Positions 24,194 to 37,739 of a DNA stretch of 64,000 nt are shown here, piece by piece. Position numbers and translations under genes: made by a program. The notes under the pieces were generated by a model that saw only the letters and a list, made by a program, of their open reading frames with translations, searched no databases and was not told the DNA's origin. Each line of letters starts with the position of its first letter. Position 1 is the stretch's first letter. The DNA comes from Cycas panzhihuaensis. Its lineage: Eukaryota > Plantae > Cycadophyta. The DNA lies in the NCBI GenBank assembly GCA_023213395.1, contig CM041465.1:195493741-195557740 (forward strand). The letters are read 5' to 3'.

Positions 24194-27100
24194 ATGTTGT
24201 TAGAAGATCCCACGTACCACCTCCTTCCATCATCATATTTTGATTCAACAATGGAAGGATATCCTTCGGATTGGGCATACCATGCATTTGCTCCCGGAGC
24301 TCATGAGTTCCCCACATCTTTCCTATGGTCCACCCAAGAGGGTGATGATCCTATTTACTATCTAGGTAATCAACAACACCCACTTGATGTCCATCCCTCT
24401 ACTCACGGAGTAGAGGGTGCATCTTCTCTTGAGATTCATCACCCAGGTGGTGATTCTTACGAGAAGCGCCCTGAGGGGTCCACTTCGTTTGAGGTCCCAT
24501 CTACCTCTTACGATCAGGTGGATACCCCTCCCATCGATGTGGTTGAAGCCCTTAATGAGTGCTTTCGTGCTACTCGCCTTCAACCACATCCTAAGTGGTT
24601 TGAAGATGCCTTGTGTGGTGGGGCATCTTCCTTATCCATGCTTGCCCCACCGTCTTCATCCACATTTATACCTCCTACAACAAGTAACCTATTTGTACCA
24701 ACACATCTATCCTGTCCAATTGTAACATCTACTTTGGAGATGTCCATTGCGCTTCCTACTTCTCTTCGCAGTCCCAACTCTTCTTGGACATCTCGCAGTG
24801 TGGCTTTCTTCCAGCTTGGGGTTAGCATGCCTCTTCCAAGCCAAGCAAATATGCCACCTCCAAACGTGACACACACATTTCCCGTTAGACCTAAGGGTCC
24901 TGTTTATACCTCTACCTCTAGTCATGTGGGACCCGTTTTCACATGCACCCAGACTTAGTCTAGTGGTCCTTCTCTTTACGTAACCCCAGGCTATACATCT
25001 CAACCTTGGGGGCATGGTAAAGGGAACCACATTTTTGTTTATGGAGTGGACCCTGTACACCCATATGAGGTCGCACCACCCACGAGTAGCCCATATGGGC
25101 AGAACTCGGTCCCTCACCTCTCATTTCCACCATCTTGGGTAGCTCCTTATGCCGCGCCTTCGTAAGGAAGCCCAACTTCTTTTCAAGACGCTTATCCTCA
25201 GGTCCCTTTTTAACAAGGGGTATTTCCTCAAGGAGGGATGGGCCTTCCACCCCCATCTGCTCCTTATTCATTGCCTTCTTCGTCTTCTACTGATCCCCCT
25301 GAAGTTCCCAAGTTTGATGGAACCTCATTGCAGGATCCAGCAGAGAATGTCTGTAGTTTCTCTATAGCATGTATAGATTACTGGGCTTACGATCACATAT
25401 TAATGAAACTATTTCCACGATCTCTTCGAGGCGATGCCCTCAAATGGTTTTATCACCTACCTGCCTATTCTATCTACTCATTCCAGCAACTCGTGGATGA
25501 GTTTATCAATTATTTTGATGTGACTCTTTCATTTAAGAGTGGAATGAAATCTCTCCTCTCGCTTAAATAAGGTCACAATGAGATGAATCGTGACTTTGTG
25601 TGGCGATTCCACGACCTCCTCCATTCCACCAAGGCTACTTTGCCCGAGGAATTAAAGAGGGATATCTTTATCAACACACATGTGATTCCACCATTGTGAA
25701 GTGCTTGGCACTTTAAGCTATTGAGATACAAGCTAGACTCAAGAAGCCCCTTAAGCCCTCACAGCGACGTGAAGCACCTCCCCCAACCAAAGAAACTAAA
25801 CCTCAACAATCCACTAGGTCTTCTTCCCACTCAACCAAGAAGACCCTAGACCCACTTACCTTCGCCATACGTTCATTCGAACGTACGATGAAGGAACTTA
25901 AACTTCAAGCTCCTTCATCGCCCACATCTAACAAACCAATCCAACAAGCTTCCCATGCCACTCCTCCCAAGGGTAGCAACACCCAGTCCTCTTAAGTAAG
26001 GAAAATCAATTCCTCGCTTGAGAAGAAGTGGTGCTCTACTCATGGAGAATGCTTCCATGACGATTCTCACTGTTGGGTTCAACATCCTAGGGATGCCTCG
26101 TAATGCAACTCATCTCCCAAATGGGCCTCAAGGCCTAACCTCGACCAACCGGTCCATAGAGATCTGTTCCCCAAGCATTGGGAGCGCGATCGCAACTTTC
26201 AACTGAAGAATAACCAGAACCGGGGGAGATCACCGAATCCATGCCCTTCACACGGTAAAGGGAAGGGCTCATGGGGTTCGTCTTCTTCCTCGTGTTCCCC
26301 AGACTATCGTACCCCCTCACCTTCGCGGTCTCGGAATAAGGGAAAGAAGGTGATCCAGATGCTTGAGGCCACCCCTCTATATACCTTGACTCAGTCTCAA
26401 GCTGCCAAAGAGGTAACAGGCACCTCTTTGTCCGTTCCACATCTTGCTCCTCTTCTGGAAGTCCCTTTACTTCCCAAGACCATTCTTGTTCATCCAGGTC
26501 GCTACGACTTCAGGAGAGCCTTTCCCCAACCTACGGTGAAGGGGAAGTCCTTTTCTATTGTCGATGAGCTTTGTACCGTGGCCGACGGGATGTCCATTAT
26601 GGATGTCTTGAGAAGTTGTTCTAAATAGTGGACACTCTTTTTAGAAGCTTTAGGATTATGTGACACACCGGTTCACGCTTTGAGTATTGCCCAAAGTCGA
26701 GAGCCCGTCATTTCTTTCGATCCTAAAGACCTTCCTCCTGCTTGTGAAAGGGAGCACCAGTGGAACTTCCCTTTCACTATTTTTGTCGATACACTTGATT
26801 ACACTTTCCGAAGAACTGTTGTCAACAATGGTTCTTCTGTTAATGCCATGCCCTTGCGCGTCATACAAGAGCTAGGCATTTCTGCCTTGGAACTCGTTCC
26901 ATGGTGATGTCAAGGCTACGATGGTAGCGAGAAGACTCCCTTAGGATTTGTTTCGGTCCCTCTTACTCTTGAGGACAAGACTATCCTCGCCGATATTGTA
27001 GTCCTCGACATAGACGTTGACTATAATCTCCTTTTGGGTCGACTATGGCTTAATCAAATGGAGGCCGTGTGTTCAACCCGTTGGGGGTAACTCAAGTTCG

Positions 27101-28197
27101 TCCATGATGGGCGAATGAGGGTTATTTCCCACGAACTCCCACCTACCAAATAATCCCGTCAAACCAACCAAGCAAGCCATGGTCGTGTGAAGGAGGACAA
27201 AGACCCTTCCACCCATGCCTTGGCTTGTTCTATCAGCGTTCCCGATTCATCTCATTCTAAAGGAGATCCTGCATCTTCTTTCTCGACCCTTACCTGTTTC
27301 ACTCCTATTGGTGTTGGAAGCTATGGGTACCTTGCCATATTTAGCGACGACAAGTCACATGGCGAGGACGAGAACCTTCCTCACCCTATTTCCTTCCTTC
27401 GCATTAGTAGGAGACACTCTACTTGTTCTAGGTCCCAACCTAGAACCCCTCTCGTTGGAGAGACCAATCACCCCCTTGTATCACATGTTATTACTCATGT
27501 CGATCCACCAATCCTTGGCTCTTCTTCTTCATCACCCCCTGTGAGTGCTGAATCTAGGGAACTTCCTTTTGCCCCTTATAAGGGGCCCCTTTCCGACTCT
27601 TCCTTAGAGTCTCTTGGGGATGTTGGGTAGCCTGCTGACCACCACGGTCTCGTTGCTCCCACTTCTTCTCTTGCCTCGTCTATTCGAAGTAAGGTCATCC
27701 ACGGGGTGGATTACTTTGAAGACGATGAGGCTCTACTTGAGCACTTAGTAGGCTCCATGTCCAACCTTCCTTCTGGTCACCATAGACTTGGCCACCAGAA
27801 GGTCTTAGCGATTGGGTCCACTCTTGCCAACCCAATCCCATCTCCTGTTCCATCTGCTCCTGTTGACCTTTCCCCCCTTCATTTTGAGGAGGGGAATGCC
27901 ATGTGCATGGGGGCAACCCAGGACATAGTCCTTGCCCTATGTAAGGTCATTAAGGTGGGGGCTGAATGTTCTCCTGATGAAGTAAGGGAATATTACCTTT
28001 TGTTCTAGAATTTCCAAGATGTTTTTACGTGGGACTATTCTAACATAAAGGGAATCGACCCCTCCATTGTCACCCACAACCTTACCACAGTCCCTAGTGC
28101 TCACCCTATGCGCCAGAAGCAATGCCCACTACACCCCAAACTCTCAGCCACTGTCAAAATGAAGGTTGAGAAACTCCTAGACGACACTCTGAAATGA
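24194..28197 (+). pseudogene. Tat-like Gag-protease polyprotein with truncated RT N-terminus, copy 2
   Basis: ORF 25238-25570 has KLFPRSLRGDALKWFYHLP..SI.SF.QL...F. Cx2Hx4Hx4C knuckle WCSTHGECFHDDSHC (~26028-26075). Protease VVNNGSSVNAMP...YNLLLGRLWL. Ends EKLLDDTLK* at 28195-28197. Confidence 0.88.
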
Positions 28198-28894
28198 GCC
28201 TAAACTACCATTCTAAGTGCATTCCCATTCCTCCTAGTGACAGGCAGGATGGCGCCTTAGGGTGGCTTTCGTGTTTCTTTTGAGTTTCTCCCGTGGAACC
28301 CCTTTTGTTCCCCCTTCCTTTGGGGATCTCGTCTTCCTGCTTGGACATTTCCCCCAAGTAGGACGACGTGTTGAAGTGTCATTACTCCCTTGTCATTTTC
28401 TCTTCCTTGGTATATTCTGCTATGCTCCTCTGTGGACATGTGTGCCACCTTATCTCCTAGCCTCACGCGCCTCTATCGCCACTACTCATGGTGATCATGT
28501 GTGCCTCTGCTAGGAATATGGCCCTACATGAAAGGAAGTATGTATAACTCAAACAAATATCATAACACAAAAATCATACAATAATCAACTCAAAATATCA
28601 TCAACCATACCCTCATACATCCGTGTACCCCCATACACATACATACACAAACATGGAAACATAAATATACATCATCTGTCACATGTTATGATATACACAT
28701 CATACATCAAATGGGGTATCATTCCCCCCATCTATACATATAAAACAATCATCATGTATCATATCGTACAACTAGTATGGTACATCATCCGTGGGAAGAC
28801 GGAATCCTTGAAGGGAGGAGTATAGTCATGTGGTAATATATGGTGACTCCCTAGAGGTCCGTGCTTTCCCTGTCTAAACCAAAATCCCTACACT

Positions 28895-30537
28895 CTACTC
28901 TACTGCTGCCCCGTCCTTGGGGTGTCATCTCCTGGCCTGTGTGATCCCTCTCTTGGGGACCACATACCTCCTAAGCTCCTCCTGTGCCTCTAGGAGCTCT
29001 CTATCTTGCTCCCCTCGTCTCATGGCCTCTTGGGGGTTGTCGCTACCGTATGTGTGTATGTCCTGCTCCGCGATGATCTCGAGGCCACCTTGTCCACCTG
29101 CCGATCATATCGAGCCTGGATACGATCTCGGTCTCCCTCTACTCCTTGGAGCCTCCCCTCCATCCCCTGAAGACGCTCCTCCATCACTGCCATCCGGATG
29201 CGACTCTCGGCATCCCCTCTAGCTCCTCCCTGGGCCTCCAGTGCCTATACCTAACCTCGTAGGGCATCCCTCTTAGCCAAGGTCTCGTCCAGCTCTACCT
29301 GTAAGCGTCCCATACGTGCCTCATGCTCTCAGGACTTTGCGATCCAAACATCCCTCGCCCTCACCAACAGGGTGAATGTTGTCGTGTGGGAACCTACCGA
29401 TCTGGGCTCGTCTCCTGCCTGGATGGGAGGTTGCCCTTCCGCGTAGGCCTGGGGGAACATCTCACAGACTACTACCTATACCAATTGTTGTATCTCCGCT
29501 ATACCTACAAATCCAACACGTCACATGTCAGTACGTGTCTATGTACATGCCAAACCAAAATTAAACAACATACGGCAATCGAAAGATGATAAGAGAAGGC
29601 AGTGTCTCACTTAGTGCGACTGTCAGATCCTCGACTTGGATGATGGCCTATGCCCCAGGCACTCCACTAGCTGCAGGTACCTCCTCCTCCTCCAATACCT
29701 CCTCAGCCATCGCCTTAGCTATTGGGGCATTCCTCCTCTCCTCTGCTAGTGCCGCTTCCTCTCCGGATCTCCTAATAATCCGTAGCCTTCAGGCTCGGGT
29801 CACCAAGCCCCTACTCTCCTCTGCAGCTCCTGAAGGGCCTGCCTCTCCTCTTGCGGTCTCTGAAGGGCTTGCCTCTCCTCCTGCAGTCCCTGATGGACAT
29901 GCACCTCCTCCTGTGGCTCATGACAGGCCAGCCCTATCACCACCATCTCCTCCATCACCACTGTCTCATGGGGCAACTCCTACCCCACGTGCCTCGTCGT
30001 CACTGTCCTACCTCACTGCTCGATATAGGTCAGATATGAAATCTGCCATGGTGAGGAGGTCCAGTGATGTAGCCTCCACTGAGCGACAGACATGTGCCTG
30101 GTCCTCAGTCCCCTTGAACCTGGTCTGCCACCTGTGTACCATCGGGGCCCACTTTGAAATGGGTGTGGTCCTCCTGTCGGTGCCAGCGCTCCAAAGTGAT
30201 AAAAAAACCAACACTGTAGAAGGGTGTTGTATGATAGACCACCCTTCCCTACCACCCGAATAGCATCCAACTAGGCGACAAGGTTTACCACTATGAAGGT
30301 AGTCCAATCCAGTCTCTCTCCTACCTCGCATCTCCTCACAGCATCCATCCACCCACCAAGAACGTCTCGATAGTTATGTTTTTAGGATATCCGTAATAGA
30401 ATACACAATGTGATCAACTTCCTCACACGAGGAACTCCTGACATCACCATACTCTGTAGAGGGATATCTCTCCTCTCCCATCTATCTGAGCCCGTGAAGT
30501 ACGTGGCTGCCTCCTTGTATGCTGCCTCATTGCTAGG
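28895..30537 (-). pseudogene. Antisense PMD gene, copy 2 (5'-truncated)
   Basis: ORF 30013-30270 has GGLSYNTLLQCWFFYHF and ORF 30008-30352 ends LDLLTMADFISDLY. Homology to copy 1 stops at ~30537. Confidence 0.78.
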
Positions 30538-30712
30538 TACCAAATCCAAATTTCATTTGATTCTGATTATTTTAAAAAATCACATTCATACAGATCTATA
30601 CTATTATTAATGAGGTTATATTGCATCTTTTTCTCTTTAAAATAAACTAAAGATACTTTCTTCAAATTGAATCTCTCAAATTATCTTTTGTCATGATTAT
30701 ATTTACAAACTT

Positions 30713-30724
30713 GCTCTGATACCA
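30713..30724 (-). promoter_or_regulatory. tRNA-iMet primer-binding site of Copia-1
   Basis: gctctgatacca = revcomp TGGTATCAGAGC, abutting the LTR. Confidence 0.93.
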
Positions 30725-30936
30725 TGTCAAAACACTTAACGAATTTAAGAGGATAATACTTCAATGCATTAAGGAAGAGAGAGAAATTCCTACATAAATA
30801 CATCATGTGTATATAAAAAGGCTAGTGCATATTAGCCAAGTGTCAATAATACATTAAAGAGGGGTTGAATACATATCCCTCAACTTTACCTTGGAGAACT
30901 TTAGAATACAAAAGATAGAACATTATTTCTCTAATA
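30725..30936 (-). repeat. Copia-1 5' LTR (212 bp)
   Basis: Pairs with 4613-4824 and is adjacent to the PBS. Confidence 0.9.
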
Positions 30937-32421
30937 GGAATAATGTTATGGACATTGAAATTCAAGCTGTCAAGAAGAACCACACTTAGAATTTAATCAA
31001 ATTACCTATGGAAAAATATATAATTGGTTGTAAATAGATCTATAGAACCAAGTATAAATCATATGGATGTATAGATAAATTCAAGGTTGGACTTGTAGCA
31101 AAAGGCTTCAAGTAGCAAGAAAAGATCAACCACTAAGAAACATCCATTTCTATTACAAAGATGAGCATTATTCCCTTATTGTAGCGATTGGCAGCTTTAC
31201 AAAATAGATGTGAAAAGTGCATATTTAAATAGGGACTTGATAGAAGAAATCTACATGGAATAATTGCCTAACTTTATACAAAAAGGTCAAGAGCACTTGG
31301 TATACTAACTCAAAAAGGTCTTATATGGCTTAAAATAGACTTTAAGAGTCTCATATAAAAACATTGATTAGTACTTTCTCAAAACATATCTAAGAGATCT
31401 CCAAGTGACTTAAACCTATACATCAAAGTCTTAAATAATAAACTAATATTTATGGTATTGTAAATTAATGATTTATTGATTATCAGAAATGAAATTAATA
31501 AAATATAAGAACTAAAAGTATATTTGAGTCATTTATTTAAGAAGTTAAATTTGGGTGTTCTATATTACTTCCTTAAAGTGGAAGTATGGTAAAGGCCTAA
31601 ATGTATTTTCATCTTATAGGAGAAATACCCCAAAAATTTTTGAAGAAATTTAGAACGGATGATTATAAGCCTACACCTATGCCCATGAAGACATGTTATA
31701 AGTTAATAATTGAAGATGGTGGATCAAATATTGATATAACATTATATGGACAATTTGTGGGTAGTCTAAAATACTTGATTATTATTAGATTGATATTTCT
31801 TTTACAATTAAAATGGTGTCTAGGTTTATGACAACACTAAAATAGAGTTACTAAAAAGTTGTAAAAAAGATCCTCATACACTAGAAGGGAAATATATAAT
31901 ATGGACATAAATTCATATACACTGATAACTTCAAATTAGAAGGATTTACATATTTTAATTGCGTTACATGTATAGAAAGTAAAATGTTAACTTCTAGATA
32001 GTATTTTAATTCTCAATTAGTTGTTATTACATGGAGGAATAAAATGTAAGTAAATATTACTTTATCTTTAATTTAAGTAAAGTACAATATTATACTTACA
32101 GTAACTGTTAAATCCATTTAGTTCTGATAGATTATGGATAATATGGGTCTATATTAATTGGAACTAACTATATAATACTATAATAATCAAAGTATATTGA
32201 AGATTGCTAAGAACTTTGTGTTTTATATGCATACCAAACACATTGAGGTGTACCATCATTTGATTCGTGAATTGAATTATAATGTAGTGATCAAGATGGT
32301 ATATAAGAGAATGGAAGAACAACTGGCTTACATCTTCACCATGCCACTAGCTTGAAATAAGTTTTAAGCTTTTAGGAATGGTTTAAATGTCAGAATTAAT
32401 GAAATAAACATTAAAAGAGAG
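30937..32421 (+). pseudogene. Copia-2 RT and RNase H pseudogene with PPT
   Basis: IIGCK*IYRTK...KFKVGLVAKG; DVKSAYLN; KKVLYGLK; LYGQFVGSLKYL (ORF 31601-31831); HTKHIEVYHHLIRE; EEQLAYIFT. PPT aaaagagag at ~32413-32421. Confidence 0.88.
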
Positions 32422-32738
32422 TGTTGAAATATTAATCTTTACATTGGTTTATAATGTACAGTTATGAGACTTTACCTTATCATTGTATTTTAGTAATTCT
32501 TTATTAAAATGTGAGAATGGTGAGTCATTGGGGGTTGCATAATATTCCTTATATATATGATCAATTTAAGATGTAAATATTTTTTTAAAGTTGTATTTAT
32601 GCATTGTGTTATGCAATGTCAAAAGAGATAGAAGATGAATGAGTGAAAAATGAACTGATGCGTTTTAAAATTAATTTTCTTAATGTATTTGAGTTTATCC
32701 TTCTCATGTTTAAATACTAGCTTTTAACTTTTTTAACA
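32422..32738 (+). repeat. Probable 3' LTR of Copia-2
   Basis: TGTTGAA directly after the PPT, with a candidate end TTTAACA at 32738. No partner LTR seen. Confidence 0.55.
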
Positions 32739-34440
32739 TAACAATGATATAGGTGATGTGTTGAATATGTTAAATACTTTACAAGTGTTACACCCAAACT
32801 CATTTTTAGGTGTCTTATGGGGTCTTTTCAACCCATGGTTTTATGCTTATTATATTGTAATGCCGCTAGTCAATTTCTCATATAGTTGTATCTATATATA
32901 CTTTTTCAATGACACATGTGAAAAGATTAAATGAGAATAAGGATTTAAAAGTTGGAGTTCCTACTTTGTAATTCTTTAGCTATTGTTCTAATAAATAAAA
33001 TGGTCTATGCTTAGACTTGAATCTTCAGTTGTGCTTGGAATATATATATTTGATTTTCTTAGTATTTAAGTTATGTTGTTGCATTACTCCCTTGATTTAT
33101 TTCTCTTCATGATAGAGGGTAAGTGAGATGAGATCTATAAGGAATCTTAGATAATCAGAGGTTTATAAGGGAAGAATTAAGAATAAGAGTTATGCATTTT
33201 TTATGGGAAGTGGAATTTAATAAGGGCATATGGAAAAGATATGTAGGGTGATGCATGGGGACAAGTGAGAGCCATGATGGAGGACATGGATATTGCTTGC
33301 AAGATAATTTGGGAGGTGGAAAGAGAAAAAAAGAAGGCCATATAAAAGGGATACCCACTAACTAAACTAAAAGATAAGGAAAGTTGGAGTTTAATAAGAG
33401 CATGAGAGATATCATGATGATAAGAGGAATATACTTCTTTCTTTAGGAACTTCATAGGAGATGAAATATGATGCTATTAGGGTAATAAATAGGTCACCTC
33501 AAGAGGGACCAAGATTTCACTACTAAGAATATTGAAGTTGGGGGCTTAGGGTTTGAATAAACTATGGGATCTTAATGAGTAGAGAGTAGAGAATTTTCTA
33601 ATGCCATATAATATGGAAATTCAAGGGGAATAATAAAACTATGAAAAGAAATAGATATGTAAAATATAATTTAGACTCATAGCAATTATCTCACTAGAAT
33701 TGATTTGTTACTCTAATTTTATAGCTGATTATTTTTCACATTATTCCAATGTGCATCCTTCCTTAGATAATGTACCTTAGTTGATTCCTCTTTTGACTAC
33801 TTACCAATGGGCAACTCCATTTTTATGTCTTACTCTTATGTGTGTTGTACTTCTTGCTTAGAAGTGGACTCTTTCTCTTATAGATTTTGACCTCCTTTAC
33901 AAAGTGATTTCTTTTTATATCAATACTTTAATAAATAGGTTTTAGTTGTGCCCTTATCTATTATATATGGCTTTGACTTGCAAAGTTAAATATAATATAC
34001 AATAAAGAAATCTAAGACACTTTCTATATTTGGTCACAATAGATACTTTTGCCAGAATAATACCCTCAAATGACAATGGTAGGTAGACACTAATATGAAC
34101 TTATACCTCATGGATTACTTCATAATCATAAATTGCTTCTTTCCAATTTTGAATAAAATATACCTTTCAAATACTTGACTATAAAATGAGTTCAATTTAT
34201 CAAACCTCATTCATAATGGACTGACCTGTGATTACCTTCAATGGTTTGTGTTACCTCTAGGCGATTATCCACTTTTGCTTCAACATAAATTGGGCATTAA
34301 TGCCTCTCCAATCACTTGTAGCCCTATCGATTTCATCATTGGGATTTTTTAAAAGCTTTTTCCTTCCTTCAACCATGATTCCTTATAGGATTACTATCGG
34401 GATTTATGCATAATGGAACCCACAATGGCCAAGCTCTCAC

Positions 34441-34588
34441 ATGGCTTGACAAAATGTTCTGAATATTCTCGAATTAAACCTAACATTTCCACATATTATT
34501 GTTGCATAAACTCCGTGGCTTGACCAAATGTTCTAAATATTCTTAAATTAAACCCAACATTTCCAAATATTATTGTTGCATAAACTCC
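34441..34588. repeat. Tandem duplication, 2 x 74 bp
   Basis: tggcttgac.aaatgttct...tattattgttgcataaactcc occurs twice head to tail. Confidence 0.85.
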
Positions 34589-35033
34589 ATACAAAGCAAA
34601 ATAATGAATGTGATCCAAATTACAAAAATGTTTGCCTTCTATTAAAGATACAAGCTATGTGTATAGATGTCCTTCGTGAAATGGAGGCTAATACTAAGAT
34701 AGTGCTTAAACGAATGAATATATAGACTAGACTTTAGTGATCAAGTGGAGGAATAAAAAAATACAATGAATAATTCACAAATATTAGATTGTGTAAATGG
34801 ATCTATCAAGCAATAATATTATCCCTTTGTAGAATGCATGTAGTTAGCCATAATGAGATATAAATATTATACAAATGACAATAGTATATGGCATGCAACG
34901 AGTGGAGAAACATCTTCTCTCTAAATACCAAATGTAAGGAGCCCAATAGGTATTTGCAATAAATAGAAATAATAAATTATTTTACCATATTTAATAGATA
35001 ATAGTGTATGATCTCAAATATTAACAAAGAAAT

Positions 35034-37671
35034 TGATAAGTGATGTTAAACCCATGTGTTATTAAATTATTATTATTACCCCTTTGATATGGTCTAAGAG
35101 GTTATAATGTGAACATTTCTTAATGTTGTAGGTCATTAGTTGAACAAGTGGCTCTTGGATTATGATTGGACAACAATGAGGTGGTAAGTACCTAAAAATA
35201 TATATTGATTTTTTATAATACAATTTGAAGGTGATCATTTCCCACAAGTATATTATATTTGTGTTTATACATATTTATTCATTTATTTGTTTTCACCTGT
35301 GTGACTTCATAATTCAGAATTTTATGTATGTTTGGTTATAGATTTTAACCTGGTATTATAATATCAATATTGAGCATAACTATAGTATTTTTAACATAGT
35401 ATTAGAGCCTCAATTTGAGCTTGGTTTAACCTTAAATATGTTGTAAAACTATGAGTGTGTCCACCTGTCAATGTATTTATTTAGAACTTATTTACGACCC
35501 CTATTTATGATCAGTGAGGGGGGTAGTCTTATTTGTTAAGCGAAAATCTATTATAGGGTATAAAAGGTTTCGAACCACATTGTTGTAGGGTGTCTAAAGC
35601 ATGTTATTATCACAAGTTTGAATAGCATGTTGATGCCCAAGTATTGAATAAAATCTAGTTAGAAGCACAAGTGTTGCAGTTATTTCGAATCCTATAAAGG
35701 TTTGTTGCATGTTTTGATTTATTTTGGGGTTGTTATATGCATATATTGCTAGTGTACATGTAGATATTATACATGTGTCCAAAAATGAGGATTTTGAAGT
35801 AGGCTTGATCACCCTATTTAAGTCATTAATGCGCCAGGTAGGCCACTATTTTAACCTTAGTTTAGAGTGATGCTTGAGAGGATTTTGCACTATGTTTATC
35901 ATAGTAGATGGTGTGTTGGTTTATCATAGTAGATGGTGTGTTGGCTCATGTGAGAATAATAGTCTATTAGGGCTATAAAATATAGAGCTTGTTGATTGAT
36001 GTAAACCTGTGCATAAAAGATTCATTGGCCAGTTGTATGTAACAAAGAGATCAGGTTCATTAGGACTCTTCGTAAATCATACTACCTCATCAATAAGAGG
36101 ATTTGAGGATATTTAGCAATGCTACCTTTTCCTAATGGTGCACAAAGGAAGGAGATATTAACACAACTTTATTGAGGGTTTTAAAGCTTATTACAACAGA
36201 AGAAAATGTTAGAAGAGTGCTCGCTCAACTAATAATGCATGTCTATTGTTGAAGGTGAATTTTCTCTATCTTCAGTTAGTTTTCATGATTATTTTTATAT
36301 TGTTGAGGTTATCTATATGTATAGAAGCCATATTTGCAGTTAAACCTAAAGTGGATAGCTAGATTACGAAGAAAAATTCAATGTAAAGGCTTAGCCATGT
36401 CTCTAGCTTCAGGGGTGAATTTATAAGTGTATAGAGTATTATTTCTATAGATTTCTACACCTGTGGGGTTGTTGCAAGGTGTAGAAAATATTTGCAGTCT
36501 TAGACTTGTAATCGAGTGTGTGATCGATGAGGAAAATTAATCAAAATCTTTAATTTTGTGCTACTCATCTACCATTATTTGTCCATCAATGGGCGATCAT
36601 AATAATTGATTTAATTTTAATTTTTTGATATTTTGAAGTTTTAAGAATGATATTAAACTTTTTTAAATCACTTTTTAAAGCATGCTTAACCTCGGGGGTG
36701 GTCACATGGATGTTTTCATGACCAAAAGCCAATCATAAAAGGTCTTTTTTTGTTTTTTGACTTTTTTCGCTTAGAAATATACTTGTGCTCACTAAAAAAT
36801 CATTAACTCTCTCATACAACGACATAATTTAATTACTTTAATTATGTTAAAAAATTAATTCCTAAGGCTTTCCAACGAGTGGTCATATGATATGCTTTAG
36901 ACATTAGTTAGGGTAGTTTTAATGATTTGAAGTTTAGAATTTGATTTGACAAAGTGTTAAATTGAACCCTGTGCTTGGAAAAAGAAGCATTTTGTCATAT
37001 ATTTTTGCTCAGATAACCATTTTTGTAAGTTTATTCTGTAGTGTAGTGGATGGAGTTATGGTTTTTCAACTAGGTTTTCTCCTCAAGATGTAGGAGAGAC
37101 CAGAAATATACAAAATGATAGTAGGTGAAGGTTGCTTAGCAGACAATTGTTAACGAATCATATATGTGAAAGACCATTCTAGAGGACTAGCAAGTATAAC
37201 AGTTTATTACCTATGTATTTTAATAGATGTTTGGCTTTGATATGAACTCGGCAACACATTTGAAGTAGTTGTATGACAAAGATTAAATATTAAGGGGAGA
37301 ATGTTAGATAATGTTAAGCTCATGTGTTATTAAATTATTGTAATTACCCATTTGATATGCAGTAAGGAGTCATAATGTGTACACTTCTTAATATTATAGG
37401 TCATTAGTTGACCAAGTAACTCTTAGATTATGATTAGACAGCTATGAAGTGGTGTGTACTTATGAATATATATATTGATTATTTATAATATAATTCAAAG
37501 GTGATCATTTCTTACAAGTACATTATAATTATGTGTTTGTATATATTTATTTATTTATTCATTTTCACCTATATGACTTCATAATTCATAGCCTTATGTA
37601 TGTTTAGTTATAGATTTTAACTAGGTATTAGAGTTGTTGATCATAACATTGTGCACATATATTTTTTAATA
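35034..37671 (+). mobile_element. Small non-autonomous LTR element (TRIM/LARD-like), ~365-bp LTRs, no recognisable coding domain
   Basis: LTRs 35034-35396 and 37302-37671. Decayed PBS tagtattagagc (35397-35408). PPT aaggggagaa (37292-37301). TSD gaaat/aaaat. Confidence 0.82.
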
Positions 37672-37739
37672 AAAATATCAGATATAATAATTAGAAATAA
37701 CAAAGTAGCAAATAAAAGAGAAAAACAATAAATGTCATG

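Larger units (their letters stand above)
9438..30537 (+). mobile_element. Tandem non-autonomous Tat/Ogre-like Ty3/Gypsy element: LTR1-internal1-LTR2-internal2 (second unit truncated)
   Basis: 9438-~18838 is repeated at 21225-~30537 (roughly 85-90% by eye). TG start at 9438 and 21225. PPT aagggggcag before 21225. tRNA-Arg-like PBS. Gag, DNGS-type protease and Tat/Ogre-type RT start DVFAW..SDMKGIDPSIVTH. Confidence 0.9.
4613..30936 (-). mobile_element. Ty1/Copia LTR retrotransposon (Copia-1), full-length but decayed, carrying a 21-kb nested insertion
   Basis: LTR pair 4613-4824 and 30725-30936. tRNA-iMet PBS at 30713-30724 (revcomp tggtatcagagc). PPT next to 4824. TSD gcaat (4608-4612) / ggaat (30937-30941). 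Domain order gag-PR-INT-RT-RH on the minus strand. Confidence 0.92.

Noticed and set aside
29586-30263. 225-aa plus-strand Ser/Pro/Ala-rich ORF (and similar ORFs 17449-18365)
   Set aside because: Antisense shadow of the Glu/Gly-rich PMD gene; not kept as one frame in copy 1.
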